64,000 nt of DNA from an uncultured Gammaproteobacteria bacterium (GCA_964609895.1 CAZSTG010000001.1:141897-205896); one strand, 5' to 3'; counted from the first letter of the stretch, positions 1 through 10,691 are shown. Numbers and translations are program-made. The notes: a model not told the origin generated them from the sequence alone.

Positions 1-189
1 ATATTTTTTGGAATGAAAAATATTCCACTTGCAACACTGGATATTCTGATTGTGTGGGTGACGATTGTCGCGCAGTTTTTCCTCATGTGGAAAAAATCAA
101 AAGGAATTTCCCTGTTGCAGATTCCGTACTTTTTGTGGGTGAGTACCGCATCCATTATCCAACTGACTGTTTTCTTTTCTAATAGATAA
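1..189 (+). CDS. TspO/MBR family tryptophan-rich sensory membrane protein, 3' part (5' end outside window)
   Basis: Frame 1 reads IFFGMKNIPLATLDILIVWVTIV...LLQIPYFLWVSTASIIQL...NR*. The FFG...DI..LW and PY.LWV motifs match TspO. Not in the ORF track. Confidence 0.75.
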   Translation: MFFGMKNIPLATLDILIVWVTIVAQFFLMWKKSKGISLLQIPYFLWVSTASIIQLTVFFSNR

Positions 190-226
190 GTGACTTTTTG
201 GAATTTTCATGTACAATAAAGCCACT

Positions 227-1360
227 ATGATGACGACCATTACATGTCCCCATTGCAACAAGCCGTTTGAGATAAATGATGCGCTTGAAAAAGACCTCCG
301 AAAACATATTGAAGAAGACGTAAAAAACAAATCAAAAGAAGAATTGTTGCGGCTGCAGGAAAAAGCGGTAGCCGATGCAAAGGAAAAATTTGTGGAGGAA
401 TCCAAACTTCGAGAAGAGGAGCTTGCCGAAAACCGAAAAACAAATAAAGAACTCCGCGAACAGCTTTCTGAACTGATGAAACAGCTCCGTGAGGAAAAAA
501 CGGCCAGAGAAAATGCGGAAGTTGCGATGCAAAAAAAACTTTTGGAGGAGCAGGACAAAATCCGCCTGAAAGCAAAAGAAGAAGAATCAGAAAAACACAG
601 ACTGGAACTTAAGGAACGCGACACAAGACTGGAGAGCATGCAAAAAACAATTGAGGAATTGCAGCGAAAAGGAAGTGTCGGATCACAGCAACTCCAAGGA
701 GAAGTGCAGGAGCTTGACCTTGAAGAAACGCTGCACGCCACTTTTCCTCAGGATAGTATTGAACCGGTTGGAAAAGGAGTACTCGGTGCCGATGTCAGGC
801 AGGGTGTGAAAAGTCCGATGGGTATGGATTGCGGTACTATCCTTTGGGAATCGAAACGGACAAAAGCATGGTCAGACGGATGGATCACTAAACTGAAGGA
901 AGATATGCTGCATGACAAAGCACATATTCCCGCAATTATTTCCGACACACTCCCTGATGAGGCAAAATCCGGCATGGGATTTAAAGATGGCGTGTGGATA
1001 GCTTCGCCAAAACTTGCACTTCCACTTGCCGCCCTTCTTCGTAAATCTTTACTTGACGCGGCAAAGCAAAAAAAGATTGCAGGTGCACAGTCCACGAAAG
1101 CAGAGGAATTGTATGGATTTGTGACGAGTCATGAATTCCAGCATCAGATGGAATCCATGATTGAGACCTATCAGGAAATGCAAAAAGAAATTCAAAAAGA
1201 ACGCGTATCATTTGAACGAAGTTGGAAGCTTCGTGAGATGCAGGTGAACAAACTGCTGACAGGTGTTGCTGGTTTGTATGGAAGTATGCAAGGAATTGCA
1301 GGCGCTGCTCTTTCTCCAATCAAGAGTCTGGAATTGCCAAGTGGGGAAGAAGTGGAGTAG
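227..1360 (+). CDS. DUF2130 family coiled-coil protein
   Basis: N-terminal ITCPHC, long coiled coil, SQQLQGEVQEL, GTILWESKRTKAWSDGWI.KLK.D. Start placed at ATG 227/230 after TACAAT. Confidence 0.8.
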   Translation: MMTTITCPHCNKPFEINDALEKDLRKHIEEDVKNKSKEELLRLQEKAVADAKEKFVEESKLREEELAENRKTNKELREQLSELMKQLREEKTARENAEVAMQKKLLEEQDKIRLKAKEEESEKHRLELKERDTRLESMQKTIEELQRKGSVGSQQLQGEVQELDLEETLHATFPQDSIEPVGKGVLGADVRQGVKSPMGMDCGTILWESKRTKAWSDGWITKLKEDMLHDKAHIPAIISDTLPDEAKSGMGFKDGVWIASPKLALPLAALLRKSLLDAAKQKKIAGAQSTKAEELYGFVTSHEFQHQMESMIETYQEMQKEIQKERVSFERSWKLREMQVNKLLTGVAGLYGSMQGIAGAALSPIKSLELPSGEEVE

Positions 1361-1397
1361 GATAAAGGTAGTAGCTCTTATTTTGAAAGGATTTCCT

Positions 1398-2024
1398 ATG
1401 GCAACAAAAACTGCACCAAAGAAAAAAGTAGAAACGGTATCTTCATCAGCTTCAAAATCTAAACCGTTGCCCGTTGGAATTAAAATTGCAATCGGCTGCG
1501 TCGGAATTCTGGTTATCATCGGTATTCTTATCGGGGTTGCCGGACAGGTTATCTTTTCCAAAATCGGTTTGAATTTCATGAAAAAAGGAATTGAACAGAA
1601 AACGGGAATTTCCATGGATACTGCGGGTAAGAGTATGACCATTAAGGATAAGGAGACCGGTGCAGAAATCAACATTGGAACAGAAGGAAAAATTCCGGCG
1701 GATTTTCCGAAAGATTTTCCGATATACCCTTCGGCAAAAGTTGAAGGAAACATATCAGGCGCTGAAAATAAGGCAGGCAAAGGATTCTGGTTGATTCTTT
1801 CAACCACAGATGAAGCGGCACAAGTCACCGCGTTTTATGAGGCTAATTTAGCAAAGAACGGTTGGGACGTTGGATCAACGATGAATATAGGAACATCTGC
1901 GACATGGGAAATTTCCAAAGGTGATATGGCAGGCGGACTGATCGTCGGGGAAGATGAAGAGAAAAAAGGCACAAGCATTGTCATTACTCTTTCTCCCAAA
2001 GAAGAAGAGCCGGTAGAAGAATAA
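1398..2024 (+). CDS. Hypothetical membrane-anchored protein (N-terminal TM; IPADFPKDFPIYP motif)
   Basis: ORF 1263..2024. Likely start MATKTAPKKK after AAAGGA; one hydrophobic helix. Confidence 0.7.
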   Translation: MATKTAPKKKVETVSSSASKSKPLPVGIKIAIGCVGILVIIGILIGVAGQVIFSKIGLNFMKKGIEQKTGISMDTAGKSMTIKDKETGAEINIGTEGKIPADFPKDFPIYPSAKVEGNISGAENKAGKGFWLILSTTDEAAQVTAFYEANLAKNGWDVGSTMNIGTSATWEISKGDMAGGLIVGEDEEKKGTSIVITLSPKEEEPVEE

Positions 2025-2052
2025 CGCCATCGTGTGATCAAGGAGGTCTCGT

Positions 2053-2535
2053 ATGAACGAGAATAAAATCGTTATCGCGATTCTTGTCGCAGGCTTATGT
2101 ATAAGTGCTGCCATTTACTTCGGTGGAAAAAACCCAGCAAAAATTCCAACTGTTATCGTGCCTGAAACGGAGGAATCACAAACAGAAATTGTTGTGTCTC
2201 CCACATCAACTGCCTCCGCAACCGTTTTTCCCACCATACAGGAAGATGATTTAACACCAATCGCTATTGCGATTGGTAAAGAGTTTGGGACTGATCCGGA
2301 AAAATATATAATTACAAAAAGCAGACAGGTGGGCAATTATGCAATCGGCGGCGTGACAGAGCAGGGTGAACAAGGGGGAGCACAGTGGTGGGGAGTATTG
2401 GAAAATGGCGCATGGAAATATATTTATTCCGGTCAGAGTTATCCAAATTGTAGTGTTATTGCTCCCTATCAAATCCCAAAAGCGTTGCTTGACAGCTGCA
2501 TGGATGACGCGACAAATACGTTAAAACAATTATAA
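2053..2535 (+). CDS. Hypothetical exported/membrane-anchored protein
   Basis: AAGGAGG SD, N-terminal hydrophobic helix, P/T-rich linker, C-terminal domain with two Cys. Confidence 0.7.
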   Translation: MNENKIVIAILVAGLCISAAIYFGGKNPAKIPTVIVPETEESQTEIVVSPTSTASATVFPTIQEDDLTPIAIAIGKEFGTDPEKYIITKSRQVGNYAIGGVTEQGEQGGAQWWGVLENGAWKYIYSGQSYPNCSVIAPYQIPKALLDSCMDDATNTLKQL

Positions 2536-2554
2536 CGGGTTCCGTTCGTCGTTA

Positions 2555-2625
2555 TAGACAGAAACCCAAATTTTTTGTACAATAGGAGGGTGAAAGCATA
2601 AACTGCTTGTTGAGCAGTTTTTTTT
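2555..2625 (+). promoter_or_regulatory. fusA promoter plus leader hairpin with U-tract
   Basis: TAGACA-N17-TACAAT (2555-2583); AAACTGCT-TGTTG-AGCAGTTT followed by TTTTT (2600-2625). Confidence 0.6.
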
Positions 2626-2637
2626 ATTTATAAATCT

Positions 2638-4740
2638 ATGGCTACACAAAATATTACTGTAACGGAAAACCGAGATGTTCCTCTTGATAAAGTCCGGAAT
2701 ATCGGCATCATCGCACACATAGATGCTGGAAAAACCACAACAACAGAACGTATCCTCTATTACACCGGACGAAGCTACAAAATCGGAGACATCGATGAAG
2801 GTACGACCGTCATGGACTGGATGGAACAGGAACGGGAACGGGGTATTACCATCGTTTCTGCAGCCACGACCACATTCTGGAATGGGTATCGGTTTAATAT
2901 CATTGACACTCCGGGGCATGTGGACTTTACTGCGGAAGTGGAGCGTTCACTCCGTGTACTTGACGGAGGAATTACTGTTCTTGATGGTGAAGAAGGTGTG
3001 CAGTCTCAGTCTGAGACCGTATGGCGACAAGCGGATAAATACAAAGTGCCTCGTCTCTGTTTTGTCAACAAAATGGACAAGCTCGGCGCGGATCTTTGGA
3101 ACACCGTCGCATCCATCGAAGAACGGCTTGGCGCGCGGACTGCCGTCATGGTTGTTCCTATCGGTCGAGAGAATCTGTATAAAGGAAATGTTGATCTTCT
3201 GACGAGAAAAGCTATGATTTGGCATAGTGATGATCTCGGTGCATCGTTTGACGAGGTGGAGATTCCCGAAGAGTTGAAGGCGGAAGTGGAAGAAAAACGG
3301 CATAACCTGATTGAACGTATTGCGGAAACAGATGACATGTTGATTGAAAAATTTTTGAACGGGGAAGAACCGACTGTCGAGGAACTGAAAGCTGCACTTC
3401 GAAGAGCAGTTATTGCATATAAGCTCGTACCTGTGTATGCAGGAACATCCCTTCGAAACAAAGGGGTGCAGCCGCTTCTTGATGCCGTTGTTGATTATCT
3501 TCCATCTCCACTCGATATGCCGGATGTGGAGGGAACAAATCCGCGGACGCAGGAGCATATAACACGAAAACGCATCGTGAACGAAAAATTTACAGGACTT
3601 GCGTTTAAAGTGCAGATTGATCCTCACGTCGGGAAACTGACATATGTCCGTATTTATTCTGGGAAAATCGAAGCAGGATCCTACGCATATAATTCCAGCA
3701 AGGATGTGAAGGAACGTATCGGACGGTTGCTTCTCATGCATGCAAACCAGCGGGAAGAAATCAAAGAAGCATTCGCGGGAGAAATCGTTGCTGTGGTCGG
3801 ATTTAAGGATACAATCACAGGCGACACGATTGCAGACAGCGAAAATCCGATAGTTTTGGAACAGATTACGTTCCCTGATCCCGTTATCTCTCTGGCAATT
3901 GAGCCAAAAACGAAAAATGATCAGGAAAAAATGGGGTATGCACTGCAGCGGCTTGCGGAAGAAGATCCGACGTTTAAAGTAAAATCCAATCCGGAAACTA
4001 ACCAGACCATCATCTGGGGTATGGGAGAACTACATTTGGATGTGCTTGTCGACCGCATGAAACGGGAATTCAAAGTTGAGGCCAATGTCGGCGCACCGCA
4101 GGTTGCATACAAAGAGACCATCACCAAAACAGCTGAAGCGGAAGGGAAATATATCAAACAAACCGGAGGTCACGGACAATACGGTCATTGTTGGCTTCGT
4201 ATAGCGCCAAAACCGCGTGGTGAAGGATTTGAGTTTATTGATGAAATCAAAGGAGGGGCAATCCCGAGAGAGTTCATTAAACCGGTTGAAAAAGGTGTGG
4301 TGGAGGCAATGGAAAACGGTTGTATTGCGGGATATCCATTGGTCGATATGTCTGTTGCTTTGTATGACGGAACTTATCATGATGTTGATTCGTCCGAGTT
4401 GTCATTTAAAATTGCGGGATCTATGGCACTGCAGGCGGCAGTCAAACAGGCGGGAGCTACCCTCATTGAGCCTATCATGAAAGTGGAAGTGACGACACCG
4501 GATGAGTATATGGGAGACGTCATCGGGGATTTGTCTTCAAAACGTGCTCAAATTGTGGGGACTCAGAAACGGGGCAATACGACCATTATCGTAGCCACGG
4601 TGCCGCTTGCCGAACTTTCCGGATATGCGACGACTCTCAGAAGCTTGTCTAAAGGAAGAGCTTCCTATTATATGGAGCCGAGCCACTACGAAGAGGTGCC
4701 CAAAAACATTCAGGAAAAGATTATTGCAAAGAAGATCTAG
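2638..4740 (+). CDS. fusA: Elongation factor G
   Basis: [23 protein letters not shown]; 700 aa. Confidence 0.99.
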   Translation: MATQNITVTENRDVPLDKVRNIGIIAHIDAGKTTTTERILYYTGRSYKIGDIDEGTTVMDWMEQERERGITIVSAATTTFWNGYRFNIIDTPGHVDFTAEVERSLRVLDGGITVLDGEEGVQSQSETVWRQADKYKVPRLCFVNKMDKLGADLWNTVASIEERLGARTAVMVVPIGRENLYKGNVDLLTRKAMIWHSDDLGASFDEVEIPEELKAEVEEKRHNLIERIAETDDMLIEKFLNGEEPTVEELKAALRRAVIAYKLVPVYAGTSLRNKGVQPLLDAVVDYLPSPLDMPDVEGTNPRTQEHITRKRIVNEKFTGLAFKVQIDPHVGKLTYVRIYSGKIEAGSYAYNSSKDVKERIGRLLLMHANQREEIKEAFAGEIVAVVGFKDTITGDTIADSENPIVLEQITFPDPVISLAIEPKTKNDQEKMGYALQRLAEEDPTFKVKSNPETNQTIIWGMGELHLDVLVDRMKREFKVEANVGAPQVAYKETITKTAEAEGKYIKQTGGHGQYGHCWLRIAPKPRGEGFEFIDEIKGGAIPREFIKPVEKGVVEAMENGCIAGYPLVDMSVALYDGTYHDVDSSELSFKIAGSMALQAAVKQAGATLIEPIMKVEVTTPDEYMGDVIGDLSSKRAQIVGTQKRGNTTIIVATVPLAELSGYATTLRSLSKGRASYYMEPSHYEEVPKNIQEKIIAKKI

Positions 4741-4787
4741 GGATGTTACAATTGGTACGCTTGAAAGACGAGCAGCGTTTTTTTATT
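4724..4787 (+). promoter_or_regulatory. tuf internal promoter plus leader hairpin/U-tract
   Basis: TTGCAA-N17-TACAAT with extended TG (4724-4752); ACGCT...AGCGT then TTTTTT. Confidence 0.55.
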
Positions 4788-4823
4788 GGTAAATACGTAT
4801 TAAAATTTTTTTAGGAGGAAACC

Positions 4824-6011
4824 ATGGCTGATCAGCAAAAGTTCGTTCGAAATAAACCACACGTAAACATTGGAACCATTGGGCACGTTGACCATGGGAA
4901 AACCACACTTACCTCCGCAATCACCAATGTGCTTGCCAAGTCAGGTATGGCAAAGGCTTTGAAATACGAAGAAATCGACAGTGCTCCAGAAGAAAAGGCA
5001 CGTGGCGTCACCATAAACATTCATCATTCAGAATACGAAACGGAAAAACGACATTACGCACACATTGATGCTCCGGGACATGCCGATTATGTTAAGAACA
5101 TGATCACGGGAGCCGCTCAGATGGATGGTGCTATTCTCGTGGTGTCCGCACCGGATGGTCCGATGCCGCAAACACGGGAGCATATTTTGCTTGCAAAGCA
5201 GGTGAACGTTCCGGCAATCATCGTGTTCATGAATAAATGCGACATGGTGCAGGACAAAGAACTTTTGGATTTGGTCGAAATGGAAGTACGTGAACTTCTG
5301 ACCAAATACGGATTTCCGGGAGATACCATTCCTGTAATCCGAGGTTCGGCATTGAAAGCGCTTCAGGGAGATGCAGAGGCGGAAAAACAGATTCTGGAAC
5401 TTATGAAGACGGTAGACGAATATGTTCCGGATCCGGTTCGTCCAGTGGACAAACCGTTCCTGATGCCTATCGAGGACGTGTTCTCAATCAAAGGCCGAGG
5501 AACAGTCGTTACGGGACGTGTGGATCGGGGTAAAGTACACATCAACGACACGATTGAAATCGTCGGTATCAAAGCCACATCCTCAACTGTCGTAACCGGA
5601 GTCGAAATGTTTCGAAAACTTTTGGATGAAGGTATGGCAGGAGACAACATCGGAGTACTCCTTCGGGGAGTTGAAAAGGATCAGGTGGAACGAGGACAGG
5701 TTTTGGCAGCTCCGGGAACAGTGAAGCCGCACACGCAATTCGAGGCAGAAGTCATCGTACTTGCCAAAGAAGAGGGTGGACGACATACACCGTTCTTCAG
5801 CGGATATCGTCCTCAGTTCTACATCCGTACAACGGATGTAACAGGAGAAGTAACGCTTCCTGCTGGAGTGGAAATGGTTATGCCAGGTGACACAACTAAA
5901 ATGACAGCAAAACTTATCGTTCCTGTAGCTCTTGAGGAGGGTGTGAGATTTGCCATCCGAGAAGGTGGTCATACGGTAGGAGCTGGAGTTATTACAAAAA
6001 TTATAGAGTAA
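4824..6011 (+). CDS. tuf: Elongation factor Tu
   Basis: [31 protein letters not shown]. Confidence 0.99.
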   Translation: MADQQKFVRNKPHVNIGTIGHVDHGKTTLTSAITNVLAKSGMAKALKYEEIDSAPEEKARGVTINIHHSEYETEKRHYAHIDAPGHADYVKNMITGAAQMDGAILVVSAPDGPMPQTREHILLAKQVNVPAIIVFMNKCDMVQDKELLDLVEMEVRELLTKYGFPGDTIPVIRGSALKALQGDAEAEKQILELMKTVDEYVPDPVRPVDKPFLMPIEDVFSIKGRGTVVTGRVDRGKVHINDTIEIVGIKATSSTVVTGVEMFRKLLDEGMAGDNIGVLLRGVEKDQVERGQVLAAPGTVKPHTQFEAEVIVLAKEEGGRHTPFFSGYRPQFYIRTTDVTGEVTLPAGVEMVMPGDTTKMTAKLIVPVALEEGVRFAIREGGHTVGAGVITKIIE

Positions 6012-6023
6012 GGAAATTTAACA

Positions 6024-6332
6024 ATGCCAAAAGGTAGAATTCGCGTACGTTTAAAAGCATACGACAGCAGAGTCATTGACGACTGCTGCCAGAAAATCTT
6101 GGATGTCGCAGTGAGGACTGGTGCCCGTGTGGCAGGTCCGGTTCCGCTTCCTACATCCAAGGAACACTTTAACGTACAGAGAGCGACGTTTATTGATAGA
6201 AACAGCCGTGAGGATTTCATGATCGCGACACATAAACGGCTGGTGGACATCATTGAACCGACGGATAAAACCATCGATCAGTTGATGCATCTTGATTTGC
6301 CGGCTGGCGTTGATGTTGAGATCAAAATGTAA
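6024..6332 (+). CDS. rpsJ: 30S ribosomal protein S10
   Basis: IRVRLKAYD, GPVPLPT, HKRLVDI, LPAGVDVEIK. Confidence 0.98.
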   Translation: MPKGRIRVRLKAYDSRVIDDCCQKILDVAVRTGARVAGPVPLPTSKEHFNVQRATFIDRNSREDFMIATHKRLVDIIEPTDKTIDQLMHLDLPAGVDVEIKM

Positions 6333-6346
6333 TTTGTAGGTAACAG

Positions 6347-6485
6347 TTGAGATTCGTGGGATACTTTGGTATACTTACGCATTGTCAGTACGCGTTATTT
6401 ATATGGTAACGATACATGCCAATAGCTAGGCCAAAAGTCTCGGAAATACAGTCGATAAAACGACCTTCCGAGGTCGTTTATTTTT
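6347..6485 (+). promoter_or_regulatory. Promoter and structured leader between rpsJ and rplC
   Basis: TTGAGA-N17-TATACT with TG (6347-6375); terminator-like AAACGACCT-TCCG-AGGTCGTTT-ATTTTT (6458-6485). Confidence 0.6.
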
Positions 6486-6493
6486 GGAAAAAT

Positions 6494-7117
6494 ATGTTAG
6501 GCGCACTCTTAGGAATCAAGAAAAAACAGACACAGATCTTTACGGAAGACGGAATGCGACATTCCGTCACACATGTCAAGACCGGTCCATGCTGGATTAC
6601 GGCAATTGACAAGACAGAAAGCTATACCAATGTTCAGCTTGGATTCGGCACCAAACGCAACAGCACCAAAGCGGAAGAAGGACATCTTAAAAAAGCGGGG
6701 CTCACACAAAAGCTTCGCTTTTTACGTAGTATCCGGGTAGATGCCATCCCAGAAGATTGGGCAGTCGGTAAAGAAGTCAACATTACGGATGTCTTTGCCG
6801 TCGGTGACGTTATTCGGGCAACGGGCATATCAAAAGGAAAAGGATTTGCAGGGGTGGTAAAACGACATGGATTTGCCGGCGGACCGAAAACACATGGTCA
6901 GTCAGACAAAGAGCGTGCACCGGGATCCATTGGTTCTACCACGACACCGGGACGCGTATTTAAGGGAAAACGCATGGCAGGACGTATGGGGGGTGATACA
7001 GTGACTGTGAAGGGATTGAAAGTTTTGGGAATTGACGCGGAAACGCACATGCTTATTGTCTCTGGACTTATTCCGGGGTCGAAAGATGCGCTGGTAACCA
7101 TTGCAAAAGAAGTGTAA
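6494..7117 (+). CDS. rplC: 50S ribosomal protein L3
   Basis: SKGKGFAGVVKRHGF, RAPGSIG, GKRMAGRMG. Start moved to MLGALLG. Confidence 0.97.
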   Translation: MLGALLGIKKKQTQIFTEDGMRHSVTHVKTGPCWITAIDKTESYTNVQLGFGTKRNSTKAEEGHLKKAGLTQKLRFLRSIRVDAIPEDWAVGKEVNITDVFAVGDVIRATGISKGKGFAGVVKRHGFAGGPKTHGQSDKERAPGSIGSTTTPGRVFKGKRMAGRMGGDTVTVKGLKVLGIDAETHMLIVSGLIPGSKDALVTIAKEV

Positions 7118-7123
7118 TAACAT

Positions 7124-7858
7124 ATGGCAACAACAACCAAAAAAATAAGCAAAGCGAAATCTGCCTCTGGCGGAAAAGCAGCAGCTCCAAAGAAAGCGGC
7201 GGTAAAAGCCGTGGAAACGATAAAAGAAACGGCCAAAGGTGCACTTGCTGTCTATACAATAAGCGGTGAAAAAACAGCCGATATGGCAGCTCCTACATCT
7301 CTTTTTGGCGGTAAAATCAACATGCAGCTTATCGCGCAGGCAATACGCGTGTATCTTGCAAATCAAAGAGAAGGCGCGGCTGCGACGAAAACCAGAGGGT
7401 TGGTGGAAGGTTCAACGCGGAAAATTTATAAACAAAAAGGAACAGGCCGCGCGCGGCATGGAAGTGTGAGAGCGCCGGTTTTTGTCGGCGGAGGGATTGT
7501 ATTCGGACCGCAGCCGAGAGATTTTTCATTGAAACTGTCACAGTCCATGAAAAATGCGGCAATGAAAAGCGCATTAGCACTGAAACTGACAGAAGGGAAA
7601 GTTATTGCGATGGAAGACGGCAACATGACCAAACCGGCCACCAAAACAGTGGCAGCTGCGTTTGAAAAAATGAATGCGACACGTTCAGTGTTGTTTGTGG
7701 TTGATGATATGCATACAGCAATGGTGAAATCAGCGCGGAATATCGGTTCAGTGACTGTAGTTCCCGCCAAGAATGTCACCACATATGAAGTGTTTGTAAG
7801 TCACAAGCTGATTATGACGAAAGAAGCATTGAAACAACTGGAAACACGATTGGCGTAA
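7124..7858 (+). CDS. rplD: 50S ribosomal protein L4 with K/A-rich N-terminal extension
   Basis: KQKGTGRARHGS, GGGIVFGPQPR. Confidence 0.98.
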   Translation: MATTTKKISKAKSASGGKAAAPKKAAVKAVETIKETAKGALAVYTISGEKTADMAAPTSLFGGKINMQLIAQAIRVYLANQREGAAATKTRGLVEGSTRKIYKQKGTGRARHGSVRAPVFVGGGIVFGPQPRDFSLKLSQSMKNAAMKSALALKLTEGKVIAMEDGNMTKPATKTVAAAFEKMNATRSVLFVVDDMHTAMVKSARNIGSVTVVPAKNVTTYEVFVSHKLIMTKEALKQLETRLA

Positions 7859-7863
7859 CACCT

Positions 7864-8172
7864 ATGGATACAACAAGTATTATCAAACCGTATCTGACAG
7901 AAAAAACCATGACCATCGCTATGCGCGGCTGGTATACATTTGTTGTACAGCGGTTTACAGGTAAGGCGGAGATTGCACATGCAATTGAAGAATTGTATAA
8001 AGTAACAGTCAAAGATATCCGGACGATTACTGTTCACGGTAAAATGAAGCGGGCAGGACGGAAACAACAGGCAACAGTGCAGCCGACTTGGAAAAAGGCA
8101 ATGGTAAAGCTTGCCGACGGGCAAACCATTGATGCGTTTCAAATAGGGAATGAGCCGGAAAAATCGAAATAA
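7864..8172 (+). CDS. rplW: 50S ribosomal protein L23
   Basis: [15 protein letters not shown]; synteny. Confidence 0.96.
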   Translation: MDTTSIIKPYLTEKTMTIAMRGWYTFVVQRFTGKAEIAHAIEELYKVTVKDIRTITVHGKMKRAGRKQQATVQPTWKKAMVKLADGQTIDAFQIGNEPEKSK

Positions 8173-8176
8173 TCGT

Positions 8177-8941
8177 ATGAAACTGACAATCAAAAAATCA
8201 AAGAAATTGCTGACATTACTGCCGAAACAATCCGGTCGTGATGTCAAAGGTCATGTTGCAGTACGGCATCAGGGTGGACGACATAAAAGAATGTACAGAA
8301 CCATCGACTGGTTCAGAACTAAAGATGACATCAAAGCAACGGTCACGGCAATTGAATATGATCCAAACAGAAGTGCCGATGTGGCATTTGTCACCTATCA
8401 GGATGGGGAAAAGCGGTATATGATCGCACCTGTCGGATTGAAGGTCGGTGATACGGTATTGAGCGGAAAAAAAGTGGAAGCAACAGTGGGGAATGCAATG
8501 CCCCTTGCTTCAATTCCCGTTGGAACGTTGGTACATAATATTGAGATTAAAGCCGGACATGGTGCGCAGATGATCAGATCCGCAGGAACAGTTGCAGCTG
8601 TGCTTTCCAAGGATGCGGGAATGGTGCAGGTAAAATTGCCGTCGGGAGAAATGCGGCTGTTTCCGGAAGATTGTCGCGCAACAGTCGGACAGATCAGCAA
8701 TACTGAATGGAAAAACAGAGTGATTGGTAAAGCCGGAAGAAGTCGGCATATGGGGAAGCGTCCTGCAGTAAGGGGAGTGGCGCAAAATCCCCGCTCTCAT
8801 CCGCATGGAGGAGGAGAAGGAAGAAGCGGTATCGGTATGCCGTCACCGAAAAGTCCATGGGGAAAACCGACACTTGGCAATAAGACACGAAAAAAGAAAA
8901 AATACAGCGACCGGTTTATCCTGTCGCGGAGAAAGAAATAA
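8177..8941 (+). CDS. rplB: 50S ribosomal protein L2 (short N-terminus)
   Basis: [23 protein letters not shown]. Confidence 0.98.
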   Translation: MKLTIKKSKKLLTLLPKQSGRDVKGHVAVRHQGGRHKRMYRTIDWFRTKDDIKATVTAIEYDPNRSADVAFVTYQDGEKRYMIAPVGLKVGDTVLSGKKVEATVGNAMPLASIPVGTLVHNIEIKAGHGAQMIRSAGTVAAVLSKDAGMVQVKLPSGEMRLFPEDCRATVGQISNTEWKNRVIGKAGRSRHMGKRPAVRGVAQNPRSHPHGGGEGRSGIGMPSPKSPWGKPTLGNKTRKKKKYSDRFILSRRKK

Positions 8942-8955
8942 GAAAGAAGGATTTT

Positions 8956-9240
8956 ATGGCACGTTCAAGCAAAAAAGGACCATACATAGACAAACGCGTT
9001 TTGGCAAAAGTGCTGAAACAAAAAGCAGGTGGCGATCATTCGCCCATCAAAACATGGTCACGTGCATGCCAGATTCCACCGGAATTTGTTGGACACACGT
9101 TCGGTGTACATAACGGAAGAATATTTGTGGAGATATTTGTAAGTGAATCAATGGTCGGTCATCGTCTCGGAGAATTTTCTCCGACACGCACCTTTAGGGG
9201 GCATGGACAGGTGACAAAACGAACCATGGACAAAACATAA
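8956..9240 (+). CDS. rpsS: 30S ribosomal protein S19
   Basis: [23 protein letters not shown]. Confidence 0.99.
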   Translation: MARSSKKGPYIDKRVLAKVLKQKAGGDHSPIKTWSRACQIPPEFVGHTFGVHNGRIFVEIFVSESMVGHRLGEFSPTRTFRGHGQVTKRTMDKT

Positions 9241-9250
9241 TTATATTTCT

Positions 9251-9589
9251 ATGGAATACGAAGCAACAGCAAAATATATAAGAATGAGCACGCGTAAGGT
9301 ACGGCTTGTTGCCGATGCCATCCGCGGACTGTCTGTCGACAAGGCGATAGTGAAATTGAGCATGATGCCAAAAGATGCGGCAACGCCACTTTTGAAACTG
9401 GTCAAATCAGCTGTTGCAAACGCAAGAAAGACCGTTGCAGAAGCCGGTACACTCGATATAAAACAACTGGAAATTATGGGTGGACCATCCATGAAACGCT
9501 TTCGGGCTGTTTCCCGTGGTATGGCGCACACGTATAAAAAACGAATGACACACGCGCGTATTGTGATTGCAGAAAAAGGAGCGAAATAA
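9251..9589 (+). CDS. rplV: 50S ribosomal protein L22
   Basis: RKVRLVADAIRG, KSAVANA; synteny. Confidence 0.97.
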   Translation: MEYEATAKYIRMSTRKVRLVADAIRGLSVDKAIVKLSMMPKDAATPLLKLVKSAVANARKTVAEAGTLDIKQLEIMGGPSMKRFRAVSRGMAHTYKKRMTHARIVIAEKGAK

Positions 9590-9592
9590 CGT

Positions 9593-10270
9593 ATGGGACA
9601 AAAAATTCATCCAAAAGGGTTTAGAGTCGGCGTTGTGTTCGGCTGGACATCCAGATGGTTTGCAGACAGAAAGAGATACAAGGAATTCCTTTTTGAGGAT
9701 GTGTCTCTCCGGAAATATATTTTCAGCAAACTCAAAAACGCCGGACTTGAGCAGGTAGACATTGAACGGTCAATTAACAAAATGAAAATCATTATCCGTG
9801 TTTCAAGACCGGGACTTGTGATCGGACGAGGTGGAAGCGGACTTGAGGAAATGAAAAAGGCGGTGGAACGGTTTTTACATAAGTTTGAAGCAAAGCGCGC
9901 ATTAACATTGCACAAGAAATTTGCAGGCGATACGGCAAAATCAAAAATTGAAATCGTTGTGGAACCGGTGAAAGAGCCAAACTTAAGTGCATACTTAGTG
10001 GCAACGACCATTGCAGATCAATTAGCACGCCGTATTCCGCATAAGCGAGCTTGTAATCAGGCTCTTGAGCGGGTGATGGGTGCAGGAGCTGGCGGAGTGA
10101 AGATTGCCTTGTCCGGCCGCATTGCGGGAGCTGAGATTGCGCGACATGAAAAATTCGGTGCAGGGACTGTTCCATTATCAACAGTCAGAGAAAATGTTGA
10201 TTTTGCAGCGGTACCGTCACTCACAAAATCAGGATATATCGGCGTAAAAGTGTGGATTTGTAAAAAATAA
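9593..10270 (+). CDS. rpsC: 30S ribosomal protein S3
   Basis: [30 protein letters not shown]. Confidence 0.98.
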   Translation: MGQKIHPKGFRVGVVFGWTSRWFADRKRYKEFLFEDVSLRKYIFSKLKNAGLEQVDIERSINKMKIIIRVSRPGLVIGRGGSGLEEMKKAVERFLHKFEAKRALTLHKKFAGDTAKSKIEIVVEPVKEPNLSAYLVATTIADQLARRIPHKRACNQALERVMGAGAGGVKIALSGRIAGAEIARHEKFGAGTVPLSTVRENVDFAAVPSLTKSGYIGVKVWICKK

Positions 10271-10274
10271 ACAT

Positions 10275-10685
10275 ATGTTAGCACCACGACGAGCAAAACA
10301 TCGAAAAGAATTTAGGGGAAAAAGAGGCGGAGTTGCCATCCGTGGTAGCAATGTGGATTTCGGTGAATTCGGACTGAAGGCAACAACGTGCGGATGGGTA
10401 TCGAGCCGACAGATTGAGGCGGCACGGCGTGCATTGACTCATTACGTGAAACGCGGCGGAAGAATCTGGATTCGTATTTTTCCTCATAAACCGATGACCA
10501 AAAAACCGCCGGAAACCAGAATGGGAAGCGGCAAAGGTGATGTACATGAATTTGTGGCAGTGGTGAAACCGGGAAGAATCTTGTTTGAAATGGGTGGCGT
10601 TGCCATGGAAGACGCAAAAGAAGCAATGCGATTGGCATCAGCAAAATTGCCGGTGTTGACAAAGTTTGTAATAAAAGAAAATTAA
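10275..10685 (+). CDS. rplP: 50S ribosomal protein L16
   Basis: [17 protein letters not shown]. Confidence 0.99.
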   Translation: MLAPRRAKHRKEFRGKRGGVAIRGSNVDFGEFGLKATTCGWVSSRQIEAARRALTHYVKRGGRIWIRIFPHKPMTKKPPETRMGSGKGDVHEFVAVVKPGRILFEMGGVAMEDAKEAMRLASAKLPVLTKFVIKEN

Positions 10686-10691
10686 TCGACT

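Noticed and set aside
97-741. 214-aa Ser-rich minus-strand ORF and the many other antisense ORFs in the track (e.g. 2947-3741, 10638-11261, 12475-13173, 51304-52137)
   Set aside because: They are shadows of well-supported genes on the opposite strand, with no motifs or start signals.
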